A stretch of 63,980 bases of DNA, filler included, from Octopus bimaculoides (taxonomy: Eukaryota): the NCBI RefSeq assembly GCF_001194135.2. It is 6 parts of 6 records of this genome, joined end to end, with 100 filler letters (N's around TTAATTAATTAA, not from the genome) between each part and the next. Parts side by side here need not be neighbours in the genome. Positions count along the whole stretch, not along the records: positions 1 to 15,817 come from NC_068983.1; 5 more parts are not named here. One strand, 5' to 3'. Of the stretch, positions 1 to 13,249 are shown piece by piece; position 1 is the first letter of the stretch, and each line of letters opens with the position of its first letter. Position numbers and translations under genes: made by a program. The notes beneath the pieces were generated by a model, which was not told the DNA's origin, made no database searches, and worked only from the letters and a program-made list of their open reading frames with translations.

Positions 1-210
1 TGTGTGTATGTATGTATGTATGTATGTATGTACGTAAATGTGTATGTATTAGGTTTCATCATTTCATATACTAAAAACGAAATACTTCGCCAACACCACA
101 CATCTCCATTGTGTGTATATTTATACTTGCATGCATACATACATACGTACATACATATATACATACATACACATACGTATACAATGTATGTGAAGCAGCC
201 ATTCACTTAG
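1..210. repeat. (TATG)n/(TACA)n microsatellite field
   Basis: Direct reading of tandem 4-mers; the overlapping ORF is only the translated repeat. Confidence 0.95.
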
Positions 211-1195
211 ATGTAGTTTAAAAAGTACGACTATGTTCTAGTTTAATATTTTGTAATAAAGTTTTCGAATTTCGTTAAGAAAACTCTTGCATTTTGTTTG
301 GAACAATAAATTTCTAAGTTAACTTTTATAGAGAGAATATGAAATATTATTGGCTTCTGTAGCGCCTCTTTAATAGCGGGTGACTATTGTTTATACAAAC
401 TTTACCGCCACATCGCCAGCCACGTAGTTTAGCCGTTTGAATTAGGCGGTCTTATCTCATTCGTGTCGCGTATATGTAGAATTCTTTACCATTAAGCTAA
501 ACTGCCCGCTGGCAACACTTCCTCCGATTTTAAACACCAAATAGATAGCTCATTGAAATGTAAAAACCACGTTTTATTTAGGGGTGGGGGTTCGACTGCC
601 ATGTTTGTTAGTTGACAACTTTTTCCTCCTTGTCAAAGTATTAACACCCAATTTTTCTCTTGTTTTAACGGCAACACTGCGTTCCAAAATATCACTTTCT
701 TCTCTGTATTAGTTTATTGCTTGGTATGATTATTTTGTGTTTCGTTTCATAAGATTTTCTTTTTTCATCTGTTCAACAGAAGGTATGTATTTAATTCAAC
801 ACCACATTACAATCATGTAAATTCGAGAACGAGGTACAAATAATTCAACTGTAAAAGTGAAAGTTGTAAACCTCGTGATTTTAACAGTTGCATTGGTCAT
901 ACGAGCATAAGACTTTTTCGTTTGTCACCATGCATTTTACAAGAAGTACATTTATTTCTATGAGTGAGAGAGACAGACAGACAGACAGGCAGACAGGCAG
1001 GCAGGCAGGCAGAGAGCAGTGAATAACAGCATTGGATTTGTTTATAGGTTTTAATATGACCTTTCCAGTATATAAGTTTCAATACACTATTTCAGATCAA
1101 AATTCTAAAATTCTCGCAATGCAAATCCAAAAGCTATAGCGATCTATCTCTCTATCTCTGTCAATCTGACTATCTGTTTCTCTGTCTCTTTCTCT

Positions 1196-1226
<31 letters not shown>

Positions 1227-1431
1227 GATCTATCTATCTATATGTATGTATGTATATATGTGTATGTATATATATGAGAGGGAGAGTGTAGACTTGAAGA
1301 AGGTTGAATATGACCCACGGATGCTTCCAAACTTGTCAGGATCTCCAATCGACACCTGACTTGATTAAATATATATGTACTCTACATCACATTTTGGATA
1401 TTTTTTGCATCTGCTTAATTGTGCTTTGACA

Positions 1432-1560
1432 AAAGAGACCGACTGAATAAGTACTAGACTTAAGATAAGAACCGTAGTTGAAGTGTTCAACTAACTCTAC
1501 GAGATAATGCTTCATTCAGTACGACCGCTGCCAATGGCAGAAACAAGTAAAATCGTAAGA
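1432..1560 (+). mobile_element. Decayed 3' half of the CORE-like tRNA-derived SINE
   Basis: aaaagagaccgactgaataagtactagactt...gcagaaacaagtaaaa matches the 3' half of the fuller copies at 26868-27245 and 37101-37390. Confidence 0.6.
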
Positions 1561-1572
1561 GTATGTATGTGC

Positions 1573-1608
<36 letters not shown>

Positions 1609-2602
1609 NNNNNNNNNNNNNNNNNNNNNNNNNNNNNNNNNNNNNNNNNNNNNNNNNNNNNNNNNNNNNNNNNNNNNNNNNNNNNNNNNNNNNNNNNNNN
1701 NNNNNNNNNNNNNNNNNNNNNNNNNNNNNNNNNNNNNNNNNNNNNNNNNNNNNNNNNNNNNNNNNNNNNNNNNNNTGTGTGTGTGTGTGTGTGTGTGTGT
1801 TGAGGGGGTGGTGTACGCGCACGCATAAACATACATTGTTTCTATTTATTCCTTTTTGTTAATTTTGACCTAAAACACGCTAGCTCCTTGGAATTCCATC
1901 ATTTTGTGTAATTGGGCTAGGAGTGCTGTTTTTCTTCAGGAAAAATAAACAAATCTTGTCTGGAGTAACTCTGTTTTATTTGTTATTGTGATCGCTTTTT
2001 ATTTTTCTTATTTGGTCGTCGTCGTCGTCGTCGTCGTAACGGTTCTTATAGTTTTTTTTTTCTCTTTCTATTTGTAACTGCGTTGGTGGAATGACGTGTA
2101 CTATTTGACAGTGGCGGTCATCGAGTGCACTGATGAAAGATGATGATAACCCCATTGGTTCTATTTTTGTTAATTTTCGCCATTGTTGTCGATGTGGTCG
2201 TGGTAACTTTTGATATTGGAGTTGTTTGTTGTTTTTATTGTATATCCGAAACATTCCATTTTCCATTGTTTCCATTATTCGTACAAAATTAAGGCCATGT
2301 TTATTTCGTTTGTTCCTACATTTGTTATTTGTGTAGTTGTTTTAATCCGGTTTGTTTTGGGACTTTTTTTTAATTCATTTTACTGAATTATATAAACTTA
2401 ATAGTTTCGGAGTTGTACTTTCTTTGTAAGTAATTTGATTAGGTACTGTGTGTTGAAACTATAACGGTTACATCATGGAACAACCGCTCTGCCATTTCAA
2501 ATCACATAAAAGCTATTCTATTTGTTTATGAGATAAATAAAAACTACATATAACAGTTTTGTATGAGTTAAGATGGTTAAATGGCCCTTCTCTACAATGT
2601 CA

Positions 2603-2989
2603 TGTGGAGGTGCAATGGCCCAGTGGTTAGGGCAGCGTACTCGCGGTCATAGGATCGCGGTTTCGATTCCCAAACCGGGCGTTGTGAGTGTTTATTGAGT
2701 GAAAACACCTAAAGCTCCACGAGGCTCCGGCAGGGGATGGTGGCGAACCCTGCTGTACTCTTTCACCACAACTTTCTCTCACTTTTACTTCCTGTTTCTG
2801 TTGTGCCTGTAATTCAAAAAGGTCAGCTTTGTCACACTGTGTGTCACGCTGAATATCCCCGAGAACTACGTTATGGGTACACGTGTCTATGGGGTGGTCA
2901 GCCACTTGCACGTTAATTTCACGAGCAGGCTGTTCCGTTGATCGGATCAACTGGAACCCTCGACGTCGTAAGCGACGGAGTGCCAACAA
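2603..2989 (+). mobile_element. Near full-length tRNA-derived SINE (octopus OR-like family)
   Basis: tRNA-like head with A box (tggcccagtggttagg) and B box (ggtttcgattccc). A homologous copy lies on the minus strand at 54601-54957, and the 3' half is shared with 31950-32060, 32740-33030 and 60843-61045. Confidence 0.85.
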
Positions 2990-4183
2990 ATCGCCCATGG
3001 AAGACAAGGATTTTAGCGAGCTGCATATTCGGCATTACATGCTTTGTGAATTTCGTAAGAGCAACAACAATGCAACACGTTCAATGGGAGAACATATGTA
3101 CCGTATACCCTGATGGTGTCAGCGTTATACATGGTTCACCACATTGTCCAACAGTTAATTTAGTGTTAGCATACTTAGCGTAGCAAGCATTAAAAATCCT
3201 AATTATTCAGTGAGGAAAGGTCAATATATTCATCATTTTGGCATGTACGGGAGAAAAACTTTGGGCATGTTTCTGTCTTATTAGACGTCTCCAGCGAATC
3301 ATAAACATTTAAGACTATAATGTCTGATATGAAAGATATTTAACTGCTATTTAAAGCAAGTCGAATTACCGCATATGTGATGTGTACCGGAAAAATGTGT
3401 ACAGGGAAGAAAACGATATAAGATGGCTAATATTGATTATTGTACATCTAGTTTTGCTTTGTATTGTATAATTTAATATACTGTAATGATGATTGCTTGT
3501 TGATGCAATCAGCGAGAAAATGGGGTACTTTTATACTCCATCCAACAGAAATCTTCACTATTAAATCACTATTGTTCGTGTTGTTGTTGTTGCTGTTTCT
3601 ACTGTTGCTGCTACAGCTGATGTTGTTTAAGTTGTTAGTATGGTGATGGAAACGATACAGTGCCGGACTTTCAAATGGCACCTGAGTCAAGGTTGCCCTT
3701 CCTCCTCCTGGAAACCTATAAACTGATGTACCAGCGAAGTACTGAGGTCTGTTATTTTTTTCTCTACAAACTACATAACTTCCTGTCTGTGAGAAATATT
3801 AATGGTTACAATCCATTTTATCGTGGAAGGTTGGTGAGAGGGTGTGGATTACAACGGTGACGACAACGTCATGGTGATGATGATGATGATATCGGAAATA
3901 TTAATAACAATGATGACAATGAAAATTGTGGCGAAATAATCACGACGATGGAGCCGGCAACTGTGTTGGCGACGGCGGAGCCAGCATCAAACGATGCGAA
4001 CGACAACAAACAACGACAGCTCTTGCATCATCAACAGCAGAAAAAACCAACAGTGGAGCCTCCACTCAGTCGCTCAACCGGCCAAAGATAGCGGCCAATT
4101 CTTCTTCAAATCATACCCTACTATCTTAAAATGATATTAAGTCTTAGAGAGTGTTGTCATATGCATTTTCTATGCGGAATATA

Positions 4184-4350
4184 TGTGAAGGCGTGTGGCC
4201 TACCTTTTAGAGTATTGGGCTCTTGATCATATGTTCGGAGGTTCAATTCCTGGACCGGAAAACACTTGACTACGCCATTTCATTTCGCTTTGCTCCAGCC
4301 AACTCATCTCTCAGATGAGTACCAGTTGGGTGTTGACACAACCTCGCTAT
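4184..4350 (+). mobile_element. Decayed tRNA-derived SINE 5' portion
   Basis: gtgaaggcgtgtggccta...ggttcaattcctggacc head followed by gctccagccaactcatct...gagtacc, homologous to the minus-strand copy at 32900-33030. Confidence 0.6.
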
Positions 4351-4559
4351 CTCTTTTTCTTCCTCTCTCTAGTAATCATATCCTGGGGATTCCACCCCCA
4401 CACCCCAACCGGTGGAGTGGTATATCTGCAAAAACAATATTCTCAGTCTTTCTGCTTGAGGGCACTTCTCACCCAACGAAAAAGAAAACAGAGGAGCAGG
4501 CGTTCCAATTGGTCCAAACACTTCTTTAAACAAGACCCGGCCGTCAAGCGATGGTAAAT

Positions 4560-4900
4560 CACCAAAGCGATGTGCGTTGGTTACACCCACTTAGAATTAC
4601 AGGAACAGCTTCCTCAAGAATCCACTTGGTGTTGATGGCCTAACATCCAAATTTATTAGAGTTCCTTTGAAGACATATCTACTCCCTATCCTCTCTATTA
4701 TATATTACATCAAATGGAAGTCAATGGCTTTGTGCATGTTTGATGATTTCATTAATGACAAACGCTGGGCTTTGCAAGTATTTTGAGGATTATCTTTAAC
4801 TCTGCGTTTAATAGAATTTAGAGCCTAAAGCTTTTCGCATCAAGACAGGCGCAAACAAACCTGACATTGACAAATAGTATTTGCCAGGCAGAGCATCTAG
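4560..4900 (+). pseudogene. Highly decayed L1/Tx1-type LINE ORF2 (RT N-terminal) remnant
   Basis: Hand translation across frameshifts gives CVGYTHLELQEQL, GVDGLTSKFI (4628-4657), KLFASR and a PGR motif, in the order of CEG.IT..EL / PG.DGL..EFY / YK..A.RL / GF.PGRSI. Confidence 0.5.
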
Positions 4901-5619
4901 TCTGGATTAATCGAGTTGCAAAAATAGCACATGCCAAGGGCACTGCATTTTCCAAAGAAATGCGCCAGTGTAGTTAACGCTAAACAAATTACAATTACAA
5001 AATGGAACGGCAATGATAAATAGGCAGAACTTAATTTTAGTTGGATGCTAATTAATAGACTTACCATTCTGTTACTATATTTCAGTACATTAAACACGTT
5101 ATACAAATACCGAGCTTGATTATAATTTTTGTCGTAAACAAAATCATTTGCACGTATCAAATTACTACAAATATAGTTTAGATACTGTAATACTAACCAA
5201 CACCATTAAATCAAATCGGGATTTTTAAACAATTAAGAAATACTTTATGTGTACAATCTCTACTGTAATCTTATATTACTTAGCAAAACTCTAAGATGAA
5301 TAAATTGAAATAAATGTAGTGATATTTTCAATATTAGACAAAATAAAAAAAAAAAGAAGGCAAAACAAATTTGGATTATATTAGGTTTGTATATCAGGAG
5401 AGAATATTTAACATGTGTATCTTAGTTATCTAAATAACAACGCTATATATTTGGTAATTCGCTTAATGTAGCATTTAATTTTTTTAATTTTCATTTGTTT
5501 TTTCCAGTTTGGAACGAAATCAGGATCTACTGAGGAAAAGTCCAGCCTTTCAAGTTCACCCTGAACCAATGTAAATAGGTGAACTCTTTTCCTATAAACC
5601 ACTATGTCTATAATATTTA

Positions 5620-5990
5620 TAAATCATTCTTATTTCTGAAAGCTCCTCAGATAAAGGTTGTTAACGTCAACATACAAAGGAGAATTCATCGAGTGAGACG
5701 ATATCAGGAATATAGGCGGTTACTTAAGTATTTGCAAATAAAAGACATTCTCCCTTGAGTTGCATATTTAAACTTGTCATATGTTCCGGTTCTTTGAGCA
5801 ATGAGAACCTTACTTGGATTTTCGTACGAGAGGATAAAGAAGGAAATGCTAATATAATTTACCACAAGTAAGCCGCCATCTTCAAGAATTAACTTTCTAA
5901 ATATCTCAAACACGTCAACGAGTAGGTAAATATCAAACTGGAGGTTAATAAATAATGGAAACTTTACATTCATTTCGGTTGCCCTATCTC
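5620..5990 (-). pseudogene. Maverick/Polinton-type protein-primed DNA polymerase B remnant
   Basis: ORF 5704-5973 contains DIYLLVDVFEIFRKLILEDGGL (cf. DV.LL.DVFE.FR...L..YGLD) and TQGRMSFICKY (cf. IRGG.S.I..RY). After a frameshift comes polymerase motif A YVDVNNLY (5674-5651). Confidence 0.75.
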
Positions 5991-6691
5991 ATGTTTAGCT
6001 GATCAACAGACATCGAAAATTCATATATGCAGTTGAATCCGTAAAAGAATTATAGCGATTCAGGTAAGAGCGAAGCGTCTCTAGGACTTGTTTAGCAGTA
6101 CCCACCCCACCCCAAATGGCTTCATATTTGTAGATTTGCGACATTTCTCAGTTTGGAAAGTTCTACATGAGAATCAATATTTGAAGCGAATGGACTAATT
6201 GAAATAGTTTCCTTAATTTAACGTCTTTTGAAGCTGTAAGTATAGTCATTGCAAACTTCATTTTACACATTGTTGGGCAAGTTAGCTGTGATCACATGTT
6301 CTCTTATTTCTATGTCTAAAGAAAAATTTTTGGTACTGGAAGACCAGCTGTACAAATCATTTGACCTGCTTTTATTTAATGAATGTGCACGGAAGTTTTT
6401 TTTGTTTTTTTTATCCTGTCACTTTTATTCATCCAATTTCTGTTTCAAACAATCGTAAAGATACGCTACCCTCTGAAACTGCTGCCTTAGGACGTTTGTA
6501 ATTGCAACCTTTTGACGTATAGCCTTGGCTTGCTACTGTGTTTCATGTTTATTAACATAAACATTGTTTATGCATATTCATTGAAATTTCCATTGAGCTA
6601 GCAATAAGCAACTAGGACAAGAGATGTTGAACTTCATTATACTTCTGGAAGCACAAAACGTTGAGGAAAGGAAGTAAAAAAATGAAGTGAC

Positions 6692-6838
6692 CAGTAGTAG
6701 CCTAGCTAAGGGCCTGAGGCGAGATAGGCGGTCTACCTCGGGCGACGCATTTATGAAGGCGGCACTTTTGAGTCCATTATATAAGCCTCTTAGCATTGTG
6801 GGTTTCCCCGAGTGGCACGCAATCTAACTACGCCACTG
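6692..6838. mobile_element. Short hAT-like MITE or terminal segment
   Basis: Right end ctaactacgccactg is a CAGTGGCGTAG-type TIR, and the left end cagtagtagcctagct is a degraded counterpart. No clear TSD. Confidence 0.35.
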
Positions 6839-7039
6839 ATGACCAGTTTAAGATATTAAAAACATGGAAGTTGTCAATAACAGTGCTATAACAGTGGAAA
6901 CTGAAGATATATGAATCACTAATTCTAATGTAGCAGATGTACAACAGCAGTCAAACCTCAACCGAGTGCGAAATAACAAATAAAAAGTAAACTACTTTAC
7001 TGATGTAAATATCGATATGCCCAAACAAATTAGATTACT

Positions 7040-8930
7040 GCGTCTGTAAAAGGAAGTGATGAATGTCACATTAGATTTTTCCCATCCATGCAATTGTATG
7101 CATTGAAAAGAACCTTCAGCAGAGTCAGAAGTTTTATTTCACACAAACTTACAAACAGGCAGCATACAATAAATTTTCTGAGCTATTCAAAGAGCAAAGG
7201 AAGTCTCTTTTGTTTCGCATGCATGGTTAAAACTTCCAGGACGCTTATTAAATTTAAGTGAAGAGAAGTTTAACGGTTGAAGATATGCAAGCAAGGACTG
7301 AACAAAAGTATTGTTGCGTATCTCCAGAGCGAATAATTGAAGTTGTAAAGATTTTAGCAAAATGAGGCCTTCCGTTTTGCAGTAGTGATGATACGATTAA
7401 TTCTCTTCGAATTTCGCCACTAGCCTAGTTTGAATCAGCCCCTGTTTTTTCTTTCCTTTTTTTTTTCTTTTTAAACTTCTTTTGCAGTGTCTATAAATAA
7501 CCGAATAAACGAATTTAGAGGACTTAAATCATTCCTGAATCTGGTTGACTCCAACGCATTGGATTACACTATACGTGATGTAGATAAATACAATGTGAAT
7601 CAGTTGATTTTGACAGTGCACTATGTTTTGTCATCCAGGCCAGAACCAGATAGAAGATTTGTGAAATCTTTGGATATAAATTGTTATAATACTGAACAGG
7701 TCAAAGTTTACTTAACTTTTTAAAGGAAAATAACATCGATATAAAAGTCCGCTATGGTCGAAGTTATGACAATGCCAGCAACATGAGCGATAAATATTGT
7801 GGCTTAAGTGTGAATTAAAGAGTCCACTTAGTTTGTGGATTACATTTCATGTTTTGCACAGTCAAAAAATTTTAGCTGGAAACTATGCTGTTGAATGTTG
7901 CTAAAAAGCATTACTTTCTTTTGAATTTGTGTAGTCGGGTTAACCTCTTCCTGCTTCTACCTATCGTTGTTATTTCCTTTCTGTTGCATTATCTGATGGT
8001 AGTATTTGATGACTGTGAAAAGTATATTTCAGATATCAGATGATCAGATCGCGCAGATCCAACAAAAGCAATATTACACAACTTGCTGCAATAAAATATG
8101 CCTTTGATGACATTTAGAATGACGATGACCAGAAGAGACAATGATTACAACTCATTGAGTAGTTTGAACCAGAATGTTGAAAACAGAAATAATAGTCATA
8201 TTGTGAGATCAAATATTTCAGAGATCAAGACTTGAACCCAGTTTGTGCACATGTATAGATATAACCAAAAATCATGCGGTTTACTTTTTCAGGCACTGAG
8301 CAAAATGTTGAAGTTCTCACTGAGTGCGAAGATTATTAATAGCACACTCGAAGAAATCACAAGTGATATCACAAATATAATGATTTTCCAGTTGCCCCAG
8401 CACTCCTGATCAACTTGCTGACTCTCAAACGCCTTATTAGGAGTTTAAAGGACGAATATTTCTTACCGTTATTGACAGCTAATCAAAACGTCAGAGAGTT
8501 TATCAAAGAATAAATGGTGCATTTGGATTCCTTTGTTAATTACAGTCATATATACACATACTGAGATTAGAGAGGATTAATCAAATTTTGTTCAGATGGT
8601 CTTGGTGAAAAATTTGTTCAGTTCATTGAAATGTTTAAAGCTGGTATTCATATTAATACCAAGAAGGACATAAAGTTAAAGTTTTATACTCATAGTCTTA
8701 TTTTCCAAATGTAGAAAATACCTTTCGCATCTATTTGTTGCTCATGGATACCAACTACAGTAGAGACAGTTCATTTTCAAAATTGAAAGGACTTTCAAAG
8801 GAACCAGTGGTCATCATGGACTGAAACAGTGTGGACAATCTCCTTATAAAGAACATTGCATATAAACTTTCTCTTACTATTGATATTCCCAAAATCAGCA
8901 ACTGATTTGCTTGCGCTAAATCTAGAAAAT
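7040..8930 (+). pseudogene. hAT-superfamily transposase fossil (ZMYM1-like: TTF zinc finger, DUF4371, hAT dimerisation domain)
   Basis: Motifs in the expected order: LSYSKSKGSLFCFAC (7178-7222), ERIIEVVKILAK*GLPF (7327-7377), QLILTVHYV, GRSYDNASNMS (7756-7788), CFAQS.NL, SDIR*SDRAD, YQRINGAFGFL and YFPNVENTFRIYLLLMDTNYSRDSSFSKLK (8699-8788). Many stops and frameshifts. Confidence 0.9.
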
Positions 8931-9310
8931 GTAACTTTTAAATTATAGTTTATTATGTAAGCAAAAGTTTTGTTTCAATATTTTTATATTGTTATATCAT
9001 TTAGGACTTTATAGCATACGCTACAGACCCTACACTAGCTTACAGTTTTTGCAACAGTGACCTTCCTCGTGAAGTCGTCTACTATCGCGCGCCTCAGGTA
9101 TTGTTATTGGTTTTCACAACATTTTAAGTTGGAAAATGTCATATATATACTCTAAAAGATTTATGTTTGTAGTTTTAAATGGTATAAACTTCTGTCAGTT
9201 TCAGCTTTATTCCTGGTTCTATTTCAAATTCCACCAGATTTCTTTCCGCATATCATGAGACAACTGAGTAATCAAAACAATAAACTATAAAAGTAGGAAC
9301 AATAAGCCTC

Positions 9311-9341
<31 letters not shown>

Positions 9342-10476
9342 GCTATAATATATAAGCTAAAGAGAACAGATCGAACACAGAATCAAAGCTTCACATTCTC
9401 GCGATTATATGAACTAGGAGAGAATGAGAGCGAAAGAGACAGAGACAGACAGACAGACACTACGATAATGACAATGATCTTGACACACTTTTCTTACAAA
9501 CACCGAATGGAGTATGGTGAGAGTGAGACAAAGTTCCAATGGTACCGTTTATCTTCTGTAGATTGTACCCAAAGAAAGTAAAACACCCGAAAACTGGTCT
9601 CTTATGCTCGACCGAGCTACCACCATTGTCCACTCCTATGCAACATTTAAAACATTTTTCTATGACTCCACCCAAAGAACTGTCATCTTTTTATCTCACT
9701 TATTCTATTATTCCTATTCATATTTCCCCTTTCTATCTGGAAGATCTCAAGCACTTTATGTAGAGCTCCTTCTAAGCACGTGACACTCCGAGGAAATCCT
9801 TGGGTTACTGGTACCCTCTAGCTGATCCAGTTTCTAGGTGTGTCTCTCGAAACTCTTCACACATTCTGAAGTGATTCACTTCATTAAACAATATCTTTTT
9901 TTATTATTATTATTTTGGCTCTGTGTTTGATAAACTATTTCAATCATTTACAAAAATCGATAAAATCGATTACACCTTCTCCACCACGAAGATGCGAACC
10001 ATTCAATAAAAGAGCTCCACACAAGATAAGTTATAAATAACACCCAAATCTTTCACAAACGCCATATCACACAGTCTTTAAAAATAAAAAAAATAAAAAG
10101 TACACATTTGATAATGTAGTTCAAGTGATTCTATGACTCGATCAGAGCTAAATTGGGATTAAATGACAATATCAAGGTTGCGGTTTTATGCCATCGTAAA
10201 CAAAGCAATGAATGAATCTACGCTCCACCGCCGCCGCCACCGCTATCACCACCACCTCCACCGCCACCGCTATCATCACCGCCTCCATCACTACTACCAC
10301 TAGCAACAACAGTAACAGTACCGTCACCGCCACTAACATCACTATCCTCCGCCCACTACTACATTGTATTGCTGATAATTTATGGAGATTAGTTTTAGAC
10401 ATTGGCTAAGGTTGAGTGGAACTAATCTATAGACTGGTACAATGGCCTGATGTTTGTTATATAAATAAAGTCTTAT

Positions 10477-10534
<58 letters not shown>

Positions 10535-11499
10535 TAGTTTTTCAGTGAAAGACAAAAACTGCTGGCTGGCTATAAAACATTTGTGTCATAGCTGCAGCTG
10601 CTGCTGCTGCTATTACCTCTTCTTCGTCTTCTTCATTAACAACTCTTATAACGACAACACCCACCACTATTAATAAAATTAACACCAACGCCAACCCCTC
10701 ATCCGACCATCTAGCAATAACGGCCAAACATCTTCAACTCACACCTTAGTCTTAAAAACCGTAACTTAACATTGGATGCACACTAAGCTTGAAATAAATT
10801 AATAACTTCGAAAAAGGGCAATATGGTTAAAATTAGAATGTTTTTGATTCTAAGTCTAGCCCCCCCAAAAATGAGATTGATGCGGCTAACGACAGCTATA
10901 GTTAAAAAATAATATCGTGGGAGGCGACGTTCTGAGTAGGAACGACGGGGTGAAGTGATTACTACAAGGCTTCACCAGTAACTTATATCAGTATGGGTTA
11001 CACAAAACAATAACAGTATGGGTTACGAGAGAAGGAGGGTTGTATGACCCGAGAGCACTCAAGTGGGGATTATAGGAAACCAGCCAGTTCTAAAAATACA
11101 GGGAGCCACTAGCCCAAAGCTATCTTCTTCATAGCTAAACTAAATCTACTACCAAAGACAAAGAAGAAAAGGAAAGGAAGGAATTTGGTCAATGTGGCAT
11201 TTTTATATAGAGCTAAGCCATCAATTTTTAGCCATCAACCTTAAGCCAATATTGCCTTTTATCACGAGTGAACAGTAATGGTAGAAAGGATAGCGAGAGA
11301 ACTCTTAATTGACCCTAAACAACAACTACAACACAAACATGAACCGGTACTTTGTTAGCCACAAGGGCCGAAAAAAAACCCATTTAAGGCAATACAAAGT
11401 CAAAGGATAAAGTGGATTTACATATACATATTCTTTTATTTGTTTCAGTCATTTGACTGCGGTCATGCTGGAGCACCACCCCAAGTCTCTCAACACCCC

Positions 11500-11740
11500 T
11501 AGTGCCCCTTTGCTCCGAAACGTCCTCCTCGAACTCCAAATACTGCCCCCGTTCAGAACCTTTGCACAAGATCATCCTCGCCACATTCGTCTACCTTTCA
11601 ACAGAGCCTAAATACACTCGATTAATAGACATGCCCGAAATAGCAGTGGAATGCCGTAAAAATGGAACGACAAAAATGTTCTTTACACTGTGTTTGAAAA
11701 CACGACAGAAGGGTACCGCCTGGAATACCTTTCATTAACG
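11500..11740 (-). pseudogene. Probable Tx1/L1-like LINE 3' end remnant
   Basis: Minus strand reads VER*TNVARM, resembling the C-terminal RW.NVARM motif I recall from mollusc Tx1-like ORF2. Confidence 0.35.
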
Positions 11741-13249
11741 GCCAACTCAGTCAGCGTTGACCAGAGTTAAACAAGAACAACCACAACATTAAATTTAGTA
11801 CTATTGCAATTTACACATATATACATACATACATGCTTACATATATAGATACGGATATTAGTGGAAGAATCTCTAAACCCCCATCGAGCAAAACAAAAAG
11901 GTTTCTTCGTTAAGGTAACTCCTTATTACAATACTGATTTATCATAAGCTCAAAGCTAAGATTACTTAAACCTCTAGTCTTTCGTCTTCTAATGGGAGGA
12001 ACCATTTACTTTCCCTCATACTTTAACTAAAAATATTGCCACAAATTTCTTGAGCATTTTCTCACTAACTATCGCTACTGAAAGTCATTGAATAGCAACT
12101 GTCTTTTGTGGCAGCTATACTCAAACACAAATGACGCTCTTAATGTTGTGTTTCTACACATCGCGTGAAGTAGCAATTCGATAAATAAGGAACGATAAAA
12201 TATGTATCACACAAAAATAAGTATTGTGAACGATATAATCAACAAAACTCTTGAACGCAGTGCTCCATCATAGCCGCAGTTCAATGACTGAAACCAATAA
12301 AGGAATTTTATAGAGTGAGCCAACAACTAATTCTTATGTAATAATTGAAACTTCTTTCTCACATCCTACTGTTCTGAGAGTGAGAGAGCTACTACGCAGA
12401 AATAGCAACCAAATCTCCCGCAAATTATAGCTTACCGTCTAAAAAGCGGAACTACTCGTTGATAGACCTTTGAACATAGGTAAGCTGGTGCAGGATTGAT
12501 CTTGGGTTAAACAATACAATATAAAAAAAACAAAAACAAAAAAAAAGCAAACAAATAAAAAAATAACTTGAACACTGATTTGAGATCTATTTGGTATTCA
12601 ATCAGATAAGGAATTTAAAAAAAACTGGAAGATCGCACCTAGAACGTCTTTGATTGTAATTGTGCACAATCAACAGCTGGCAAAATGTTAGATATCTACT
12701 ACAAGCACCAACCAAAAACTTCAATGCCTTTGTTGATATTACCTTTCTTTGCGTCTTTAATTGATTAATATTTTAAAAGCTACAAAACTATGAGTCTAGG
12801 ACATCCACATTCCTTTAATTAAGAATTACTAAATACTTTTTAATGACATTTTTTCATTTATTATGTCATCATCGTCAGTTTTTAAATTTTTGTTTAGATA
12901 TTAGATTATTAAGTTTGTTCTAGAATGTTATGCATGTTTGGTTTTATGGAAAGGAAAGTTAGTGACAAGAAAATGTAAAGAAATAGAAGTACGTTGTTAC
13001 AGTTATGTCACTCAGCTATCTTACATCTGGCAAGTATTGACAAACCTTTTTCATTTTACTAGAGATGATTTCATGAGGAGTTTGTATTTTATTAAATCAT
13101 TCATTTGAACATCAATTCATATCAGGTTTATCAATTCTTTACTAAGATGCTTTATACGATGAAAGCATTTTCGTTATAATTGCAAACTATTTCTTGTGAC
13201 TCAAATGTAAAGTCATTTTTTAGTTATTTTTTTCTTTAAACATTGCGGG

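Noticed and set aside
1294-1360. Hammerhead-like ttgaagaagg...; also ctgatga at 2131, 6835, 29465 and 48819
   Set aside because: No downstream GAAA with a closing stem II, and no stem I or III pairing.
2603-2680. tRNA gene
   Set aside because: The tRNA-like A/B boxes are the SINE head; no complete cloverleaf. The same applies to the other SINE heads.
9460-9800. Possible Tx1-like LINE 3' remnant (EWTMVVAR)
   Set aside because: Similarity too weak to list as a feature without a search.
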